From Malacoraja senta (lineage: Eukaryota), in assembly GCA_038087875.1 (NCBI GenBank), contig JAXLNO010000446.1, positions 62,001 through 126,000 of the forward strand: 64,000 bases of DNA, read 5' to 3'. The position numbers were made by a program, and so were the translations under genes. Each line of letters starts with the position of its first letter. Position 1 is the stretch's first letter. The notes beneath the pieces are model-generated. The model saw only the letters and a program-made list of their open reading frames with translations. It was not told the origin of the DNA and did no database searches. Shown here piece after piece: positions 49,194 through 62,934 of this stretch.

Positions 49194-50494
49194 TAACTCT
49201 CTTGAAAGTATCCAGTGAATCAGCCTTCACTGCCATCTGAGGCAGGGAAGAGACGGAGACTAAGACTTTGCCTCCATCACAGTGAGGATGTGCTTGGTGA
49301 ACTCACTGTGGTGGATGTTTAATTTGTGTTTATTGTATGTTTTGTTATTATTGGTTCTGTGTATGACTGCAGGCATCACAATTTTGTTCAGACCGAAAGG
49401 TCTGAATGACAATAAAGGAATCTTGATTCTTGACTTGAGAATTCCACAAATTCACAACTGTGAGAAAAAGTTTTTCTTCATCTCCGTTCTAAATGGCCTA
49501 CCCCTTATTCTAAAACTATGGCCCCTGGTTCTGGACTCCCCCAACATCAGGAACATGTTTTGTCTAAGGTCACTTGGATAGGTACATGGAAAGGGAAGCT
49601 TTGGATGGGTGAGGGCCAAACGCAGACAAATAGGACTAGCTGACATTAGTTGGCATGGACAGGTTGGGCCGAAGGGCCTGTTTGTGTGCTACATGACTAT
49701 TACTCTGTGATTAGAGGATTGGATGTCTTGTTTTTTTTTAAATGGGGAAACTGTCTCTCTCAATCAGCGAGATAGTTCTCCCATTCACAAAAAAACAAGA
49801 CATGCAATTTTTCTATAATTATATTACAATAAACATAACATCTGAGCTGTCAGCAGTATCGAGAATATATCCACTGACAGACAAGTAATGATGAGATATC
49901 CCATTAATGGGAAAATAAAGTGACTTTGGCATGTGTACAGCTTTAGTACAGATGTGAGCTGGATCCATTGAAGTGAATGTCAATGTAATATTTACATGAG
50001 ACTCTCCCGTGGAATGAAAACGGAACTTTGTTCCAGGTTTCCAGCGCCAATGATCTATGCCAATACAGAATAAATCACATTAATCTGCCTAAAAAATGTT
50101 TTCGAGTTATAGAGTCATGCAGCACGGGTACAGGTCTTGTCCACGCCAACCAACATGCCCCATCTATGCTAGTCCCACCTGGCCCCCTTTGGTCTATATC
50201 CCTCTAAACCTGTCCTATCCATGTACCTGTCTAAATGTCTTTTAAATGTTGTTATAGTCCCTGTCTCAACTACCTCCTCTGGCAGCTTGTTCCATACACC
50301 CAATCACTCTCTGTGTGAAAATAGTTGCCCCTCAGGTTCCTATTAAATCTTTCCCCCCTCACCTTAAGCCTACGTCCTCTGGTTCTCGATTTCCCTACTC
50401 TGGGTAAAAGACTCTATACATTCACTCCCTGATCACACACGAGGAGCGGGCCTAGGACTGCGCATCTACCCTATCTATTCCCCTTGTTCCATAC

Positions 50495-50906
50495 ACCCTC
50501 CCCCTCCCCACTCTCTCCCCATCTCCCTCTCCCCTCCTCCCCCACCCTCCCCCCTCACACACCCATCCTCTCCTCCTCCCCTCCATCCCCCTCTCCCTCT
50601 GTCTCTTGCCCTTCTGTCTCTGCCCCTCCCTCTCTGTCGCTCCCCATTCTCTCTCTGCCCTCACTCTCTACCCCGCCCCCCTCTCTAGACGTGCCTGCGA
50701 GTTGGGGGCTATGCGTCAGTGCATAGGGCGGTTATGGGGTAAAAGGAGCAAATTAATAATATTAATATAATATCAAGGGGGGTAGTTAGCATGTGTGTGG
50801 GGTGGTAGTTAGTGTGTGTGACGCCACATGCCACCCCCTCCCCCCCTTCACCCCCCCGCAACCGCACGTTGGGGGAACAGACCCAACGGGTCTGCACTTG
50901 GTCTAG
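50495..50906 (+). mobile_element. Helitron-like 3' terminus (left boundary uncertain)
   Basis: Hairpin CAGACCC-AAC-GGGTCTG, 8 nt, then CTAG|T. Confidence 0.55.
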
Positions 50907-52175
50907 TAGAATCTAAAACTAGAGGGCATAGGGTTAAGATCGAGGTGAGAAATCTAAGAGGGATCTCGGGGCAACCGTTCCACGCAGAGGGTAGTGCAGA
51001 TCTGCGGTGAGCTGCAGGAGGAAGTTATTGAAGTGGATACAATTACGGCTTTTAAACGCATGGACAGATATATGGATAGGAAGGGTTTAGAGGCCTGTTG
51101 GCCTAATGCAGGCACATGGGACTAACATAGTATGCCAACTTGGTCAGCATGGACTAGGTGGGCCGAAAGGCCTGTTTCTGTGTTGTACAGCTCTACCCTG
51201 GGACCCTTTCTATTCACCTCATGATTTTATACACCTCTATAGGATCAGCCTCCAGCACTCCCTGTAGCTCAGGCCTTGAGTCCTGGCAATATCATCTCTT
51301 CATCTTTTCCAGCTAAATGATATCTTTCCTAGAGCAGGGTGACTAAAACTGAAGACAAAACTCCAAATACTTGACCCTCGAGGTTCCTCCTGTTACTGCT
51401 ACAAATTCCATCCAGTCTCTTGGGGCTCCATGGCCTCCAATTCCTCACTGTCAGGACTGCCTGGTCAAATGCCACACCACAGTAACATAGAAACATAGAA
51501 ACATAGACAATAGACAATAGGTAACAACAGACAATAGACAATAGGTGCAGGAGTAGGCCATTCGGCCCTTCGAGCCAGCTGACTCCGCTATTTTTAAGAG
51601 CCCTATCTAGCTCTCTCTTGAAAGCATCCAGAGAACCTGCCTCCACCGCCCTCTGAGGCAGAGAATTCCGCAGACTAACCACTCTCTGTGAGAAAAAGTG
51701 TTTCCTCGTCTCCGTTCTAAATGGCTTACTCCTTATTCTTAAACTGTGGCCCATAACTCGTACACAGTGGCTAACATAACTCGTATACAGGTATCTGCCA
51801 CAGCGGACCCGCTGAGTTACTCCAGCACTCTGTGTCTATCTTTGGTGTAAACCAACATCTGCAGTTCCTCCCTAGAATTTATCGTGGTGCTCGCTAATAC
51901 AAACAGTGGACCATTTAGCGAGCATGTTTTCATTGTAACAAGGTAGTCGTGTCCACTGGAGGGCTGTGATACTGCTCAGGTGTACATTGATAAACGTCCC
52001 TGGGATGGGCAGAGGCACAGCCTTCCTTTGTAGTCAGCACAAAGCTTTTTGTTCCCTTGTCTACACTGGCCTTGAGCCAACTCTTCACCTTCCCATCGAA
52101 CTGGAAATAAATAAGCTTTTACATCGGGTTCAGCCAATGTGCCAACACTCTTAACTAAACAGCAAAGTTAATCCG

Positions 52176-52336
52176 TTTAAGAAGGAACTGCAGATGCTGG
52201 AAAATCGAAGGTAGACAAAAGTGCTGGAGAAACTCAGTGGGTGCAGCAGCATCTATGGGACATAATAGGGTTGCCTATTTCCTTCGTTCCATAGATGCTG
52301 CTGCACCCGCTGAGTTTCTCCAGCACTTTTGTCTAC
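52176..52336. mobile_element. Palindromic Penelope-derived insertion
   Basis: Perfect 16-bp TSD CAGCAAAGTTAATCCG at 52160-52175 and 52337-52352. Confidence 0.75.
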
Positions 52337-53619
52337 CAGCAAAGTTAATCCGCTTGCTCCACGGAAAATGTGAGATGCCCACTGGTTTCTGCAAAAGAGT
52401 TCTAAGATAGGTGCAAAGATTTGACCAAACAACTGCATCACTGCCATTGCTGGGCCCGTACTTCATATGCGATTCATCAACAAAGAAGGGTGAATGTACA
52501 CAGTCCTTTACCCAGAGTAGAGATTCAAGGACTAGAGGACACAGGCTTAAGGTGAGAGGGGAAAAATGCAATAGGAAGCTGCGGGGCAACCGTTTCACAC
52601 AGACGGTGGTAAGTTTATGGAATGAGCTTGACTTTGAGTTGAGTATATTGTCACGTGTACTGAGGGGCAGTGAAAAGCTTTGTTGCGTGGTAACCAGTCA
52701 GCAGAAAGACAATAAGTGATTACAATCGAGCCGTCCACATTGTGTGTACAAATACATGCTAAAGGAAATAACGTGAATAATGTTTAGAGCAAACTAGAGT
52801 GGCTGGAGGAGGTCGTTGAGGCGGGTACTATAACAACAGTTAAAAGTCACTTACACAGGTACATGGATAGGAAAGCTTTAGAGAGATAAGGGCCAATGTG
52901 GGCAAATGGGACATGAGATGAGGCATCTTGGTTGGCATGGATGTGCTGATGGGTATATGTCCCACATCGCTCTGGACCTTTCCAACCCTATGTCCCTGTC
53001 CAAGTGTCTTTGAAATGTTCCTATAGTCCCTGCCTCAACTCCCTCCTCTGGCAGCTCGTTCCTTACACCCACCACCCTCACTGGTTTGTTATTGTTGTAT
53101 TTATCATTACTGGATGTACACAGTTTACTCAGCGATCTTCAAGTGAACTAGGAGCTTACATTGCACCACACTGTCTATGACCGTAAACTGATCTAATCTA
53201 ATGGTGAGTGTCTGTCATTGCCATTCTGCTCCTCTTTGTGGAGAGAGTCTCGAGGCCAACACCTTGAAGCTCAGACACGTGAGCACTCACTTCGAGCTGT
53301 AGCCGACACTTCATGTATGTCCTGTAAACTACAGTTGCTTGCTGCAGGAAGGTGGCGGTGTGTGAAGAAGTTTGCACACTATATGAATCTAGGGAGTACT
53401 CTGGCATAACTCAGCGGGACAGGCAGCATCACTGGACAGAAGGAATGGGCGACATTTCGGGTCAAAACGCTTCTTCGGCTGAAGAAGGGTCTTGACTCTA
53501 AACGTCACTCATTCCATCTTTCCGGAGATGCTGCCTGAGTTACTCCAGCATTTTGTGTCTATCTTCGGTGTAAACCAGCATCTGCAGTTCCTTCCTACAC
53601 AGTACTCTGGTGTGGCAGT

Positions 53620-54060
53620 ATGCTAAGAGAATGGAGCAGCTGGGCTTGTACAGTTTAAAAGGATGAGAGGGAATCTCATTGAAACATATAAGATTGTTAA
53701 GGGTTTGGACACACTAGAGGCAGGAAACATGTTCCCGATGTTGGGGGAGTCCAGAACCAGGGGCCACAGTTTAAGAATAAAGAGTAAGCCATTTAGAACG
53801 GAGACGAGGAAACACTTTTTCTCACAGAGAGTTGTGAGTCTGTGGAATTCTCTGCCTCAGCGGGCGGTGGAGGCCGGTTCTCTGGATACTTTCAAGAGAG
53901 AGCTAGATAAGGCTCTTAAAAATAGTGGAGTCAGGGGATATGGGGAGAAGGCAGGAACGGGGTACTGATTGGGGATGATCAGCCATGATCACATTGAATG
54001 GTGGTGCTGGCTCGAAGGGCCAAATGGCCTACTCCTGCACCTATTGTCTATTGTCTATTG
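53620..54060 (+). mobile_element. CR1 LINE 3' fragment
   Basis: ORF 53663-53968 and an (ATTGTCT)n tail. Confidence 0.85.
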
Positions 54061-55034
54061 GCAGAATTCTTTGGAAGCCTCCCCGCCACCATTGCCCTTG
54101 CCCTCGTCGTTGCTGCCCTGGATCCATGCCTGTCCTCTCAGCGTGACCGAGACAAACACATTTCTTCCCGACAGAGATTGCAGTCATCTCAGGTCAGCAC
54201 TTGTGCAGGAAAGAACTGCAGATGCTGGTTTAAATCAAAGGTAGAAGAAAGAAGAGAGAAGAAGGGTCTCGACCTGAAACGTCACCCATTCCTTCTCTCC
54301 ACAGATGCTGCCTGTCCCGCTGAGTTACTCCAGCATTTTGTGTCTACCTTCAGGTTAGCACTTATTTGCAAAGGCAAGATTAAAGAGCAACGAAAAAAGT
54401 CTCCACATGTTTACATTTGTTGCTAAATAATTAACATTACCACAAGTTTCACACTTCAGTGGAGAACAGAGAAGTTGAATAAAAGGCAAAGACCAGAGCC
54501 AAGAACTTTGATCTCCGTGCACAGTGGAATATTCATCAGTTCGGAGTGCCGATAACATCATTGGGAGTGGGGCCAGGACAATCCAGGAGCCTCGAGTCAC
54601 AGAGCTGCATCGTAATACACAACACAAATAGGTCCATAGGTCATGCTGACCAAGATGCCCCATCTAGGCCCGTCCCATTTGGCCGATATTCCACTAAAAC
54701 GTCCTCGCTCCCATTGGGAAGAAGGTCATATTCTGGAGCCACTTCTTGCTTCCTGTTGTCAGACTACTGAATGGTTCTCCTATGGGCTAGGGCGTAGGCC
54801 GCCATCCACCAACCAACCTCATTCAGGACCTTACACTTTGTTTATCTGCACTTTCCCCGTAACTGCAGCAGTACAACGCTGTAACATTATATTGTGCATT
54901 CTGGTATTTTGATCTTTGTTCTACCTGTTGTAGCTGTGTATGGCAGGCCTGCACTCATGAACAGTATGATTTAACTAGATTGCATACCGACAAAACTTTC
55001 ACTGCATCTCGATACACGTGACAATCATAAAGAA

Positions 55035-55850
55035 ACTGATCAAGATCCTGCTCTAACCTTTGACAACCATCTTCACAATTTACAATTCCACCCACTTTAG
55101 TGTCATCTGCAAATGTACTAATCCTGCCTTGTATGTTCTCATCCAAATCACTGCTATACACTACGAACAGTAATGGGCCCAGCACTGATCCTTGAGGCCC
55201 ACCACTAGTCACAGGCCTCCAGTCCGATAAACAACCTTCCACCATCACCCTCTGCTTCCTTCCATGAAGCTAGTTCTCTATCCAGTCAGCTAGCTCTCCT
55301 TGGATCCCATGTGATCTAACCTGCCAGAGCAGCCTACCATGAGGAACCTTGTCAATAGCCTTGGAGAAATCCATATACACAACCTCTACAGCTCTGCCTT
55401 CATCAACCTGTATGGTCACATCTTCAATCAGATGCATGAGACGATCCCCCATATACTAACCCATGCTGACAATCCCTAATCAGCCTTTGTCCATCTAAAT
55501 GCGTGTATATCCTATCCCTCAGAATATTCTCAAGTAACTTTCTGACCATAAATGTCAGCCCATAGTTCCCAGCATTCTCCCTGCAGCCCTTCTTGAATAA
55601 AGGCACAACATTTGCCACCCTCCAGTCTTCCTGTACTTAAGGACGACTCGGAAATCTCAGCCAGGACACCTGTAATTTCCTCTCTAGCTCCTCACGGCGT
55701 CCCTGGATATATCTGATCACACCCGGGATGTTTGTCTAGCTTCATACACGCCAGGACTTTCAGCATCTCCTCGACTGCAATACTGACTTCCCTCAGGATA
55801 CTTCCATTGACTGCCTCAAGTTCCCAGATCCTCATGTCTTTCTGCACGGT
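55035..55850 (-). mobile_element. Decayed CR1 RT fragment
   Basis: ANVVPLFKKG, MDFSKAIDKVPH, PQGSVLGP, FADDTK. Confidence 0.8.
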
Positions 55851-56344
55851 ATATGGAGGTAGTTGGGGCGGCTGTGGGAACAACATTTAAAGGACACTCG
55901 GACATGGACAGGAAATGTTTAGAGGACTCTGGCCAAACGCGGGTAAATGGGATTAGTTTAGGTGGAGCATGTTGGTCGACATGGCTGAGTTGGGCCGAAG
56001 GGCCTGTGTCTGTGGTGCCTAACTACGACTATATGAAATCCAGCTGGCACATCGACAGTGAAGAGAAAATGAGGTCTGGTTTGTTAAAAATTAGATTGTT
56101 TGAACATTTAACCAATGATAATCAGCCAAGCATGTCCAAGATAAGAATAACAGAATCTTAAGCTCGTCCAAGATAAGACTAACAAAAAAATAATCAGATC
56201 TATCCAAAAGGTTTATTTGACCTTCTTGTGAACTGCAGATTTAAACCTCAGAGTATTTATATCCTCAGCAGCGATCGCTGCACTTTGCTGAGAGAGGTTA
56301 GTAAAATGACACAGAAATAGCTCGCTGATCACCATGCACTGCCT

Positions 56345-56633
56345 TTTAGACTTCAGACTTCTGACACACAGCGTGGAAACAGGCCCTTCGGCCCGTCCAC
56401 ACCGACCAGCGATCACCCCGTACACTAGTGCTATCCCACATACTAGGGACAATTTTACAACTTACCGAAGCCAATTAATCTACAAACCTGTACGCCTTTG
56501 GAATGTGAGAGGAAACCGGAGCACCCGGAGAAAACCCACGTGGTTATGAGGAGAACGTGCAAACTCCGTACAGACAGCACCCGTAGTCAGGATGGGACCT
56601 GGGTCTCTGGCGCTGTGAGGCAGCAACTCTACC
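56345..56633 (-). mobile_element. HE1-like SINE
   Basis: Central domain and tail on the reverse strand. Confidence 0.75.
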
Positions 56634-56965
56634 TCTGGTTGGATGAACAATTTCAGAATTAAGCCAAACATCTTTCATCTGCCGCGATGTTTGATTAGGA
56701 CAAACATGAAACGTGAGGATTTGTATGGACAGCACACAGTTGGTTGCCCCTCACCACTGTAATCAAGAGAGAGGCAGGGTGCTGAACAGGAACATCTGCT
56801 GGTCATGCCTGGCCCACTTTATACGTGTTAATGTAGTTCACAATGTTAATGTTAGTGAAGGATCAATAAATGTTTTCAGAATGCAAGCACCAGCAGGTGA
56901 TTGGTGGATGAGAAGGTACATCTGTTAATGTGACTTTATGAAGAGGCCTTGGAGCAACAGAAACG

Positions 56966-57495
56966 TCACGGTGGCGCAGCGGTAGAGTTGCTGCCTCACA
57001 GCGCCAGAGACCGGGTTCCATCCTGACTACGGGTGCTGTCTGTACGGAGTTTGTACCTTCTCCCCGTGACCGCGTGGGTTTTCTGCAGGGGCTCTGGTTT
57101 CCTCTCACGTTCCAAAAACGTGCAAGTTTGTAGGTTGATTGGCCTCTGTAAAGTGTCCCTAATGTGTTAGAAACATAGAAACATAGAAAATAGGTGCAGG
57201 AGTAGGCCATTCGGCCCTTCGAGCCTGCACCGCCATTCAATATGATCATGGCTGATCATCCAACTCAGTATCCTGTACCTGCTTTCTCTCCATATCCCCT
57301 GATCCCTTTAGCCACAAGGGCCACATCTAACTCCCTCTTAAATATAACCAGTGAACTGGCCTCAACTACATTCTGTGTTTAAGGTGAGACTGGTATAACA
57401 TAGAACAAGTGTACCAGTAATCGTTGGTCGGCACAGACTCGGTGGGCCGAAGGGCCTGTTTCCACGCTGTATCTCTAAACTAAATCAAACTAAAC
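56966..57495 (+). mobile_element. HE1-like SINE with a nested CR1 3' end (about 57168-57375, minus)
   Basis: Head CACGGTGGCGCAGCGGTAGAG; tail TATCTCTAAACTAAA. Confidence 0.8.
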
Positions 57496-58899
57496 TTGGA
57501 AAAGGTCCCCTGAGATTTTGAGTGAATTATCTCCTTCCCCTGTTATCCATAAGCTAGGGTACTGTCCGATTCACCTCTACCCCATTGCGGACATTGGACT
57601 TTGTCTGTGGAACTGATGCGCTACAATGCTGAGAACTATATTCTGCACTCTGTATCTTCCCCTTTGCTCCACCTATTGTACTGGAGTTTGACGATTGTAT
57701 TTATGTGTGGTATTTTGTTATCTGATTTGATAGCATGCAAAACCTACATCTTATCCTAAACCTATGACTGAAATAGATTCAATATTTTTATTTTCCAAGT
57801 TATGGTTGCAAAGTACCATGTCAAGGTGCCTTCTTGATTCCTTTATGCATCGGCAATTGGTTGAAATAGAACTTGAATATGCAGTGAATTTTATAATTAA
57901 AAGTATAAAACATATTATTTCTATAGAAAAAGTAAGAAAACTGTAGATGCTGTGGGAAAAGTAACATTGCAGATCACAAGAACTTCTTCACAACAGGAAA
58001 ACATAGAGCGAGAGAGAGAGAGAGAGTGCTACCGCTTTTCAGCCCAAATCCTCCAAGCCATCTACAATGTCCCATCTACACTGGTCCCACCTGCCCGTGT
58101 TTGGCCCATATCCCTCTGAACCTGTCCTATCCATGTACCTGTCCACATATTCCTAACTGTCACTGTATGTCATGTTGTCACTTGCGGGCGGAGCACCAAG
58201 GCAAATTCCTTGTATGTGAATACTTGGCCAATGAACTTATTCATTCACCTGTCCTATCCATGCACCTGTCCAAATGTCTTTGAACTTCTTTGGTTGAAAC
58301 ATTGTATAAGAGTCAGGAAGTCATGATGCAGCTTTGTAGGCCATTTTTAGGCCGTATTTGGAGTATTGTGTGCAGTTCTAATCACCCCATTAAAGGGGGG
58401 ATGTGGAGCCTTTGGAGAGGGTGCAGAGGAAGTTTACCAGAATGATGCCTGGATTTGAGGGTATTAGCAATAAGGTGTGGTTGGACAGACTTGGATAGTT
58501 TTCTCTGGAACGCCAGAGGTCGCGCAGAGACCTGATAGTTGTCTATAAAATGGTGAGGCATAGATAGTCTATACCACCTGAACCCTTTTCCAAAAGTGGA
58601 AAAAACAAATACTACAGTGCATAGCTTTACGCTGAGAGGAGCAAAATGTAAAGAGGTGTGCATGGCAAGCCTTCTACACAGAGCTTGGAGGGTGCCTGGA
58701 ACACGCTGCCAGGGGTGGTGGTTGAGGCAGATATGATAGTAGAGTTTAAGGGGGCTTTGGATAGACATATAGACCCTTGGAATAATTTTCATGTCTCAGA
58801 GAACCCCTACATAAAAATTATTATATATCTTTATTAATCTCTTTCTTTCTCTTTCATAAACTTAAAGTTCAGAAGGCAAACATAATATATTTTTCTGAT

Positions 58900-58992
58900 G
58901 TAGACCAAAATGCTGGAGAGACTCAGCGGGTGAGGCAGCATCTATGGAGCGAAGGAATAGGCGACGTTTCGGGTCGAGACCCTTCTTCAGAC
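58900..58992 (-). mobile_element. Penelope-derived fragment with the cleanest hammerhead core in the window
   Basis: Minus strand GT-CTGAAGA-A-GGGT-CTCG-ACCC-GAAA-CG-TC-GCC at about 58960-58992. Confidence 0.65.
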
Positions 58993-59584
58993 TCTTCTTC
59001 AGTCTGAATGAACGCTTGTTAATCTGTCTGATCTTTCTGAATGAGTGCTTTATAAATGACCATCATTTCCTTGGTATGGATCAAAGTTTGCAACAACCAA
59101 ATACTTGATGTTGAATTTTGGATCCCATTGCAACAAAATAAATATGATAGCCAATTTCCTCATAGCAAGATTTTACCAATGGGCATTGGACCAAAGAACA
59201 AAATGTGGCAGATGCTTAAACTCCAATAAAAAGCAAATATTCTGCAAATTCGCAGCCGGGCAGTATTGCAAGCAGAGGTGATACTATAGACCGACAACCT
59301 TTCAGTTTCAAAGCTTATCGGTGGAAATATTGCCTGCATTGGAAGATAAAGTAAAGTTTAAAACTGCAGAGAAAAGAGAGAAAGTTAGGAGAGGCAGTGA
59401 GAGCAGAAGGGAGGGTTGGTCACAGGGTGGACGACAACAGTCACCAAGTTAGATACTAAATGCTGGAAGAACTCAACGGGTCAGGCAGAAAAGGAATAGA
59501 TGATGTTTTGGGTCGAGAGCCTTCTTCAGACTCCCCCTTCTGAAGAAGGGTCTTGACCCAAAACCCACCATTCCTTCTCTCCAC

Positions 59585-60045
59585 AGATGCTGCCTGTCCA
59601 GCTGAGTTACTCCAGCACTCTGTGATACCCACCCATGCCTTCTCTCCAGAGATGCTGTCTGTCCCGCTGAGTTACTCCAGCACTCTGTGAAACGTCACCT
59701 ATCCATGTTCCGGCAGCATCTATAGAGCGAAGGAAATAGGCAACGTTTCGGCCCGAAACCCTTCCGGGTTTCGGCCCAAAACGTTGCCTATTTCCTTCAG
59801 GGTTTCGGCCCGAAAGGTTGCCCATTTCCTTCGCTCCACAGATGCTGCCTGACCCGCTGAGTTACTCCAGCACTCTGTGAAACGTCACCTATCCATGTTC
59901 TCCACAGATGCTGCCTGACCCGCTGAGTTACTCCAGCACTCTGTGAAACGTCACCTATCCATGTTCTCCACAGATGCTGCCTGACCCGCTGAGTTACTCC
60001 GGCACTTTGTTTCGTTTTTTTATAAACCAGCATTTGCAGTTCCTA
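59585..60045 (-). repeat. 66-bp tandem units plus composite core (copy 3)
   Basis: Core is essentially identical to 21950-22085. Confidence 0.88.
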
Positions 60046-60479
60046 CTTTCCACGAAGCCTCCCACTGTATTCTGACACACACGACAACCCTAAACCTAAA
60101 CCCAGTACTTCAAATGTGGCGTCACCAACGTCTTGTACAGCTGTAACATAATGTTGATTCCACCATCCTGGGAAAAGTGCTTTGTGCATTCAATTCCCAC
60201 AATTCATTCAGAGTTCTGCCTCACATTTTTGTTTCACTGATCAGTAAAATCAATCTTCAAGCTAAGAATGTTACAGTTTCCTCTTTAACCTTCTCTCCTC
60301 CTATATATAAAGTATTCTGGTCATTATAACTGGATGCTTTCCATCTGTTTCTGTTCTCTCGTAACACTAGATGCAACTTGCCTGGGGAACCGGAGGTCAC
60401 TGTTCCATCGTAACTGCAATGTGTACATGGTTAATCCAATCTGATGTTTTTCTCAAAGATAGACACATTTCTGGAGAAC

Positions 60480-60620
60480 TTGGATAGGAGACGTTTCACA
60501 GAGTGCTGGAGTAACTCAGCGGGTCAGGCAGCATCTGTGGAGAACATGGATAGGTGACGTTTCACAGAGTGCTGGAGTAACTCAGCGGGTCAGGCAGCAT
60601 CTGTGGAGAACATGGACGTT
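60480..60620 (+). repeat. 66-bp tandem array (about 2 units)
   Basis: Same 66-bp unit as at 15910-16316. Confidence 0.8.
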
Positions 60621-60624
60621 TTGG

Positions 60625-61697
60625 GTCATAGAATCATAGAGTGAGACAGTGTGGAAACAGGCCCTTCAGGCCAACTTGCCCACACCAGCCCAAATGTCCC
60701 AGCTACACTAGACCCGCCTGCCTGTGTTTGGTCCATATCCTTCCAAACCTGTCCTATCCATGTACCTGTCTAACTGTTTCATAAATGTTGGGATAGTCCC
60801 AGCCTCTGCTGGCAGTTTGTTCCATACAACCACCACCCTCTGCGGGGGAATAGTTACCCCTCGGATTCCTATTAAATTTTTTCCCCTTCACGTTAAACCT
60901 CTGGTCCTCAATTCCCCTACTCTGGGCAAGAGAATCGGTGCGTCTACCTGAACTATACCTCTCATGATTTTATACACCTCTATAAGATCACCCCTCATCC
61001 TCCTGCGCTCCAAGGAAAAGAGTCCCAGCCTGATCAACCTCTCCCTGTAGCTCACACCGTCTAGTCCTGGGAAAATCCTCGTAAATCTTTTCTGAACCCC
61101 TTCCAGTTTGTCAACATCTATTCTATAACATGATGCCCAGAACTGAACACAATATTCTACATGTGGCCTCACCAACGTCTTATACAACTGCAACATGACC
61201 TCCCAACTTCAATACTCAATACTCTGACTGATGAAGGCCAAAGTGCCAAATGTTTTTTTGACCACCCTATCTACCTGCGACTCGACCTTCAAGGAACCAT
61301 GCACATGTACTCCTAGATCCCTCTGTTCTACAACACTACCCAGAGGCCGACCATTCACTGTGTAGGTCCTGCCCTTGTTCGATGTCCCAAAATGCAACAT
61401 CTCACACTTCTCTATATTAAATTCCATCAACCATTCCTCCGCCCACCTGGCCAATCGATCCAGATCCTGCTGCAATCGTTCACAACCATCTTCACTATCT
61501 GTAAAACCACTCACTTTTGTATCATCTGCAAACTTGCTAATCTTGCCCTGTATGTTCTCATCCAAATCATTGATGTAGATGACAAACAGTAACGGGCCCA
61601 GCACCGAACCCTGAGGCACACCACTAGTCACAGGCCTCCAGTCTGAGAAGCAACCTTCCACCATCACCCTCTGCTTACTTCCATGAAGCCAATTTTG
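60625..61697 (-). mobile_element. CR1 LINE 3' fragment of about 1.1 kb
   Basis: GVPQGSVLGP, FADDTK, LVRPHVEYCVQFW; (CTATGA)-type tail. Confidence 0.87.
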
Positions 61698-62934
61698 TAA
61701 CACTGAGTTACTCCAGCATTTTGTGTCTATCTTCGGTGTATACCAGCATCTGCAGTTCCTTGTTTGGTACATAAATATATTACAATTCTTTATATATATA
61801 TAAGCTCCTTAACTATCGTTGCTGGGATTTTTAGATTATTTTAGTTTGCCATTTGATATAACGAAAGAATCTCAGCGTATTGTTTACAGACGAGGTGCAG
61901 GAATCTTTGACAGATAATGAAGGGAATTCATTAGACACTTTGTGATCTGAGTAATTTTATCTGCTTGTTCCCTGCTTGCTTTCACTGGCTCGCAGATTAG
62001 TTTGGTAACTTTGGCTCAAGTGTTACACTTGTAAGGAGCTGGGTGTGCTCAGATAGTGAAGGCTCGTGGAATGAAGAGAATGCTTCTGAAAGCAACGTGG
62101 AATAGATTTAGTAATCCCTCCGATCAGGTGGAAATCAGCGCCGGGCCTTTGCTGAACATTAACTTCACCTGTCGCCTTTATCCCGGCTATCTCGGCGACA
62201 TAATCTACTTTCACGTGGGACTAAACGAGAGAGACTTTGGCTGAGGAGTCTAAGGGACTGTCACATCCTATGTTATCATCCGATATCCTCGATTATAGCG
62301 TGAGATCCTTTATATACACAAGGATTGATAGATAAGACCAAAGTTTTACTGCCATAAAGTGGAGACTGGTCTAACAACCTCATGTGCTTCCACCACTTCT
62401 AACAATCAGCTACAATCTCCCAGGTGATGTTGGAATTCACAAGCCCTGCGCCATTATCCAAACTCCATGTCGGAAGTCATCTCCACTCTCACCATCTTTT
62501 TTCCTCCTATGAATTGGATTATGCAACGGGTGTCAGGGGTTATGGGGAGAAGGCAGGAGAATGGGGTTGGGAGGGAGAGATAGATCAGCCATGATTGAAT
62601 GGCGGAGTAGACTCGATGGGCCGAATGGCCTCATTCTGCTCCTAGAACGTGTGAATGTGAACGTCAGACTGATTGGAGGAGGGTAGAAAGTTTGAGGGGA
62701 GAGGTAGGGGCAGGACTGGAGGTCAGTGATTTGTGTTCTCTTGTGCCCATGTCCCTGGGCTCTGCTATCTCACACTGCACGATAGGGCTTTGTGGGTCGA
62801 CATGCCCAGGATGGATCATCACTGAACCTCCACAACATCAGCAGAGATGTTCCCTGCTTTCCCTGTCCCCGCACAGACACTTTAAACTCAAACGCTCAGG
62901 TGGGACTGGGATGCAGCTGCTGCGTGTAAAGATA

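Noticed and set aside
51888..51925. 10-bp hairpin TGCTCGCTAA..TTAGCGAGCA
   Set aside because: Single, short, with a large loop; could arise by chance.
53201..53210. ATG|GTGAGT as a first-exon donor
   Set aside because: It lies at the end of a LINE-like (CTAAT)n tail with no promoter or exon support.
56030..56340. Two CCAAGATAAGA (GATA-type) motifs and an E-box as an enhancer
   Set aside because: Short motifs from a small local duplication cannot support a regulatory call without functional data.
56966..57030. tRNA genes at A/B-box sequences (also at 23921 and 38700-38766)
   Set aside because: They run directly into SINE bodies and tails and lack a complete cloverleaf.
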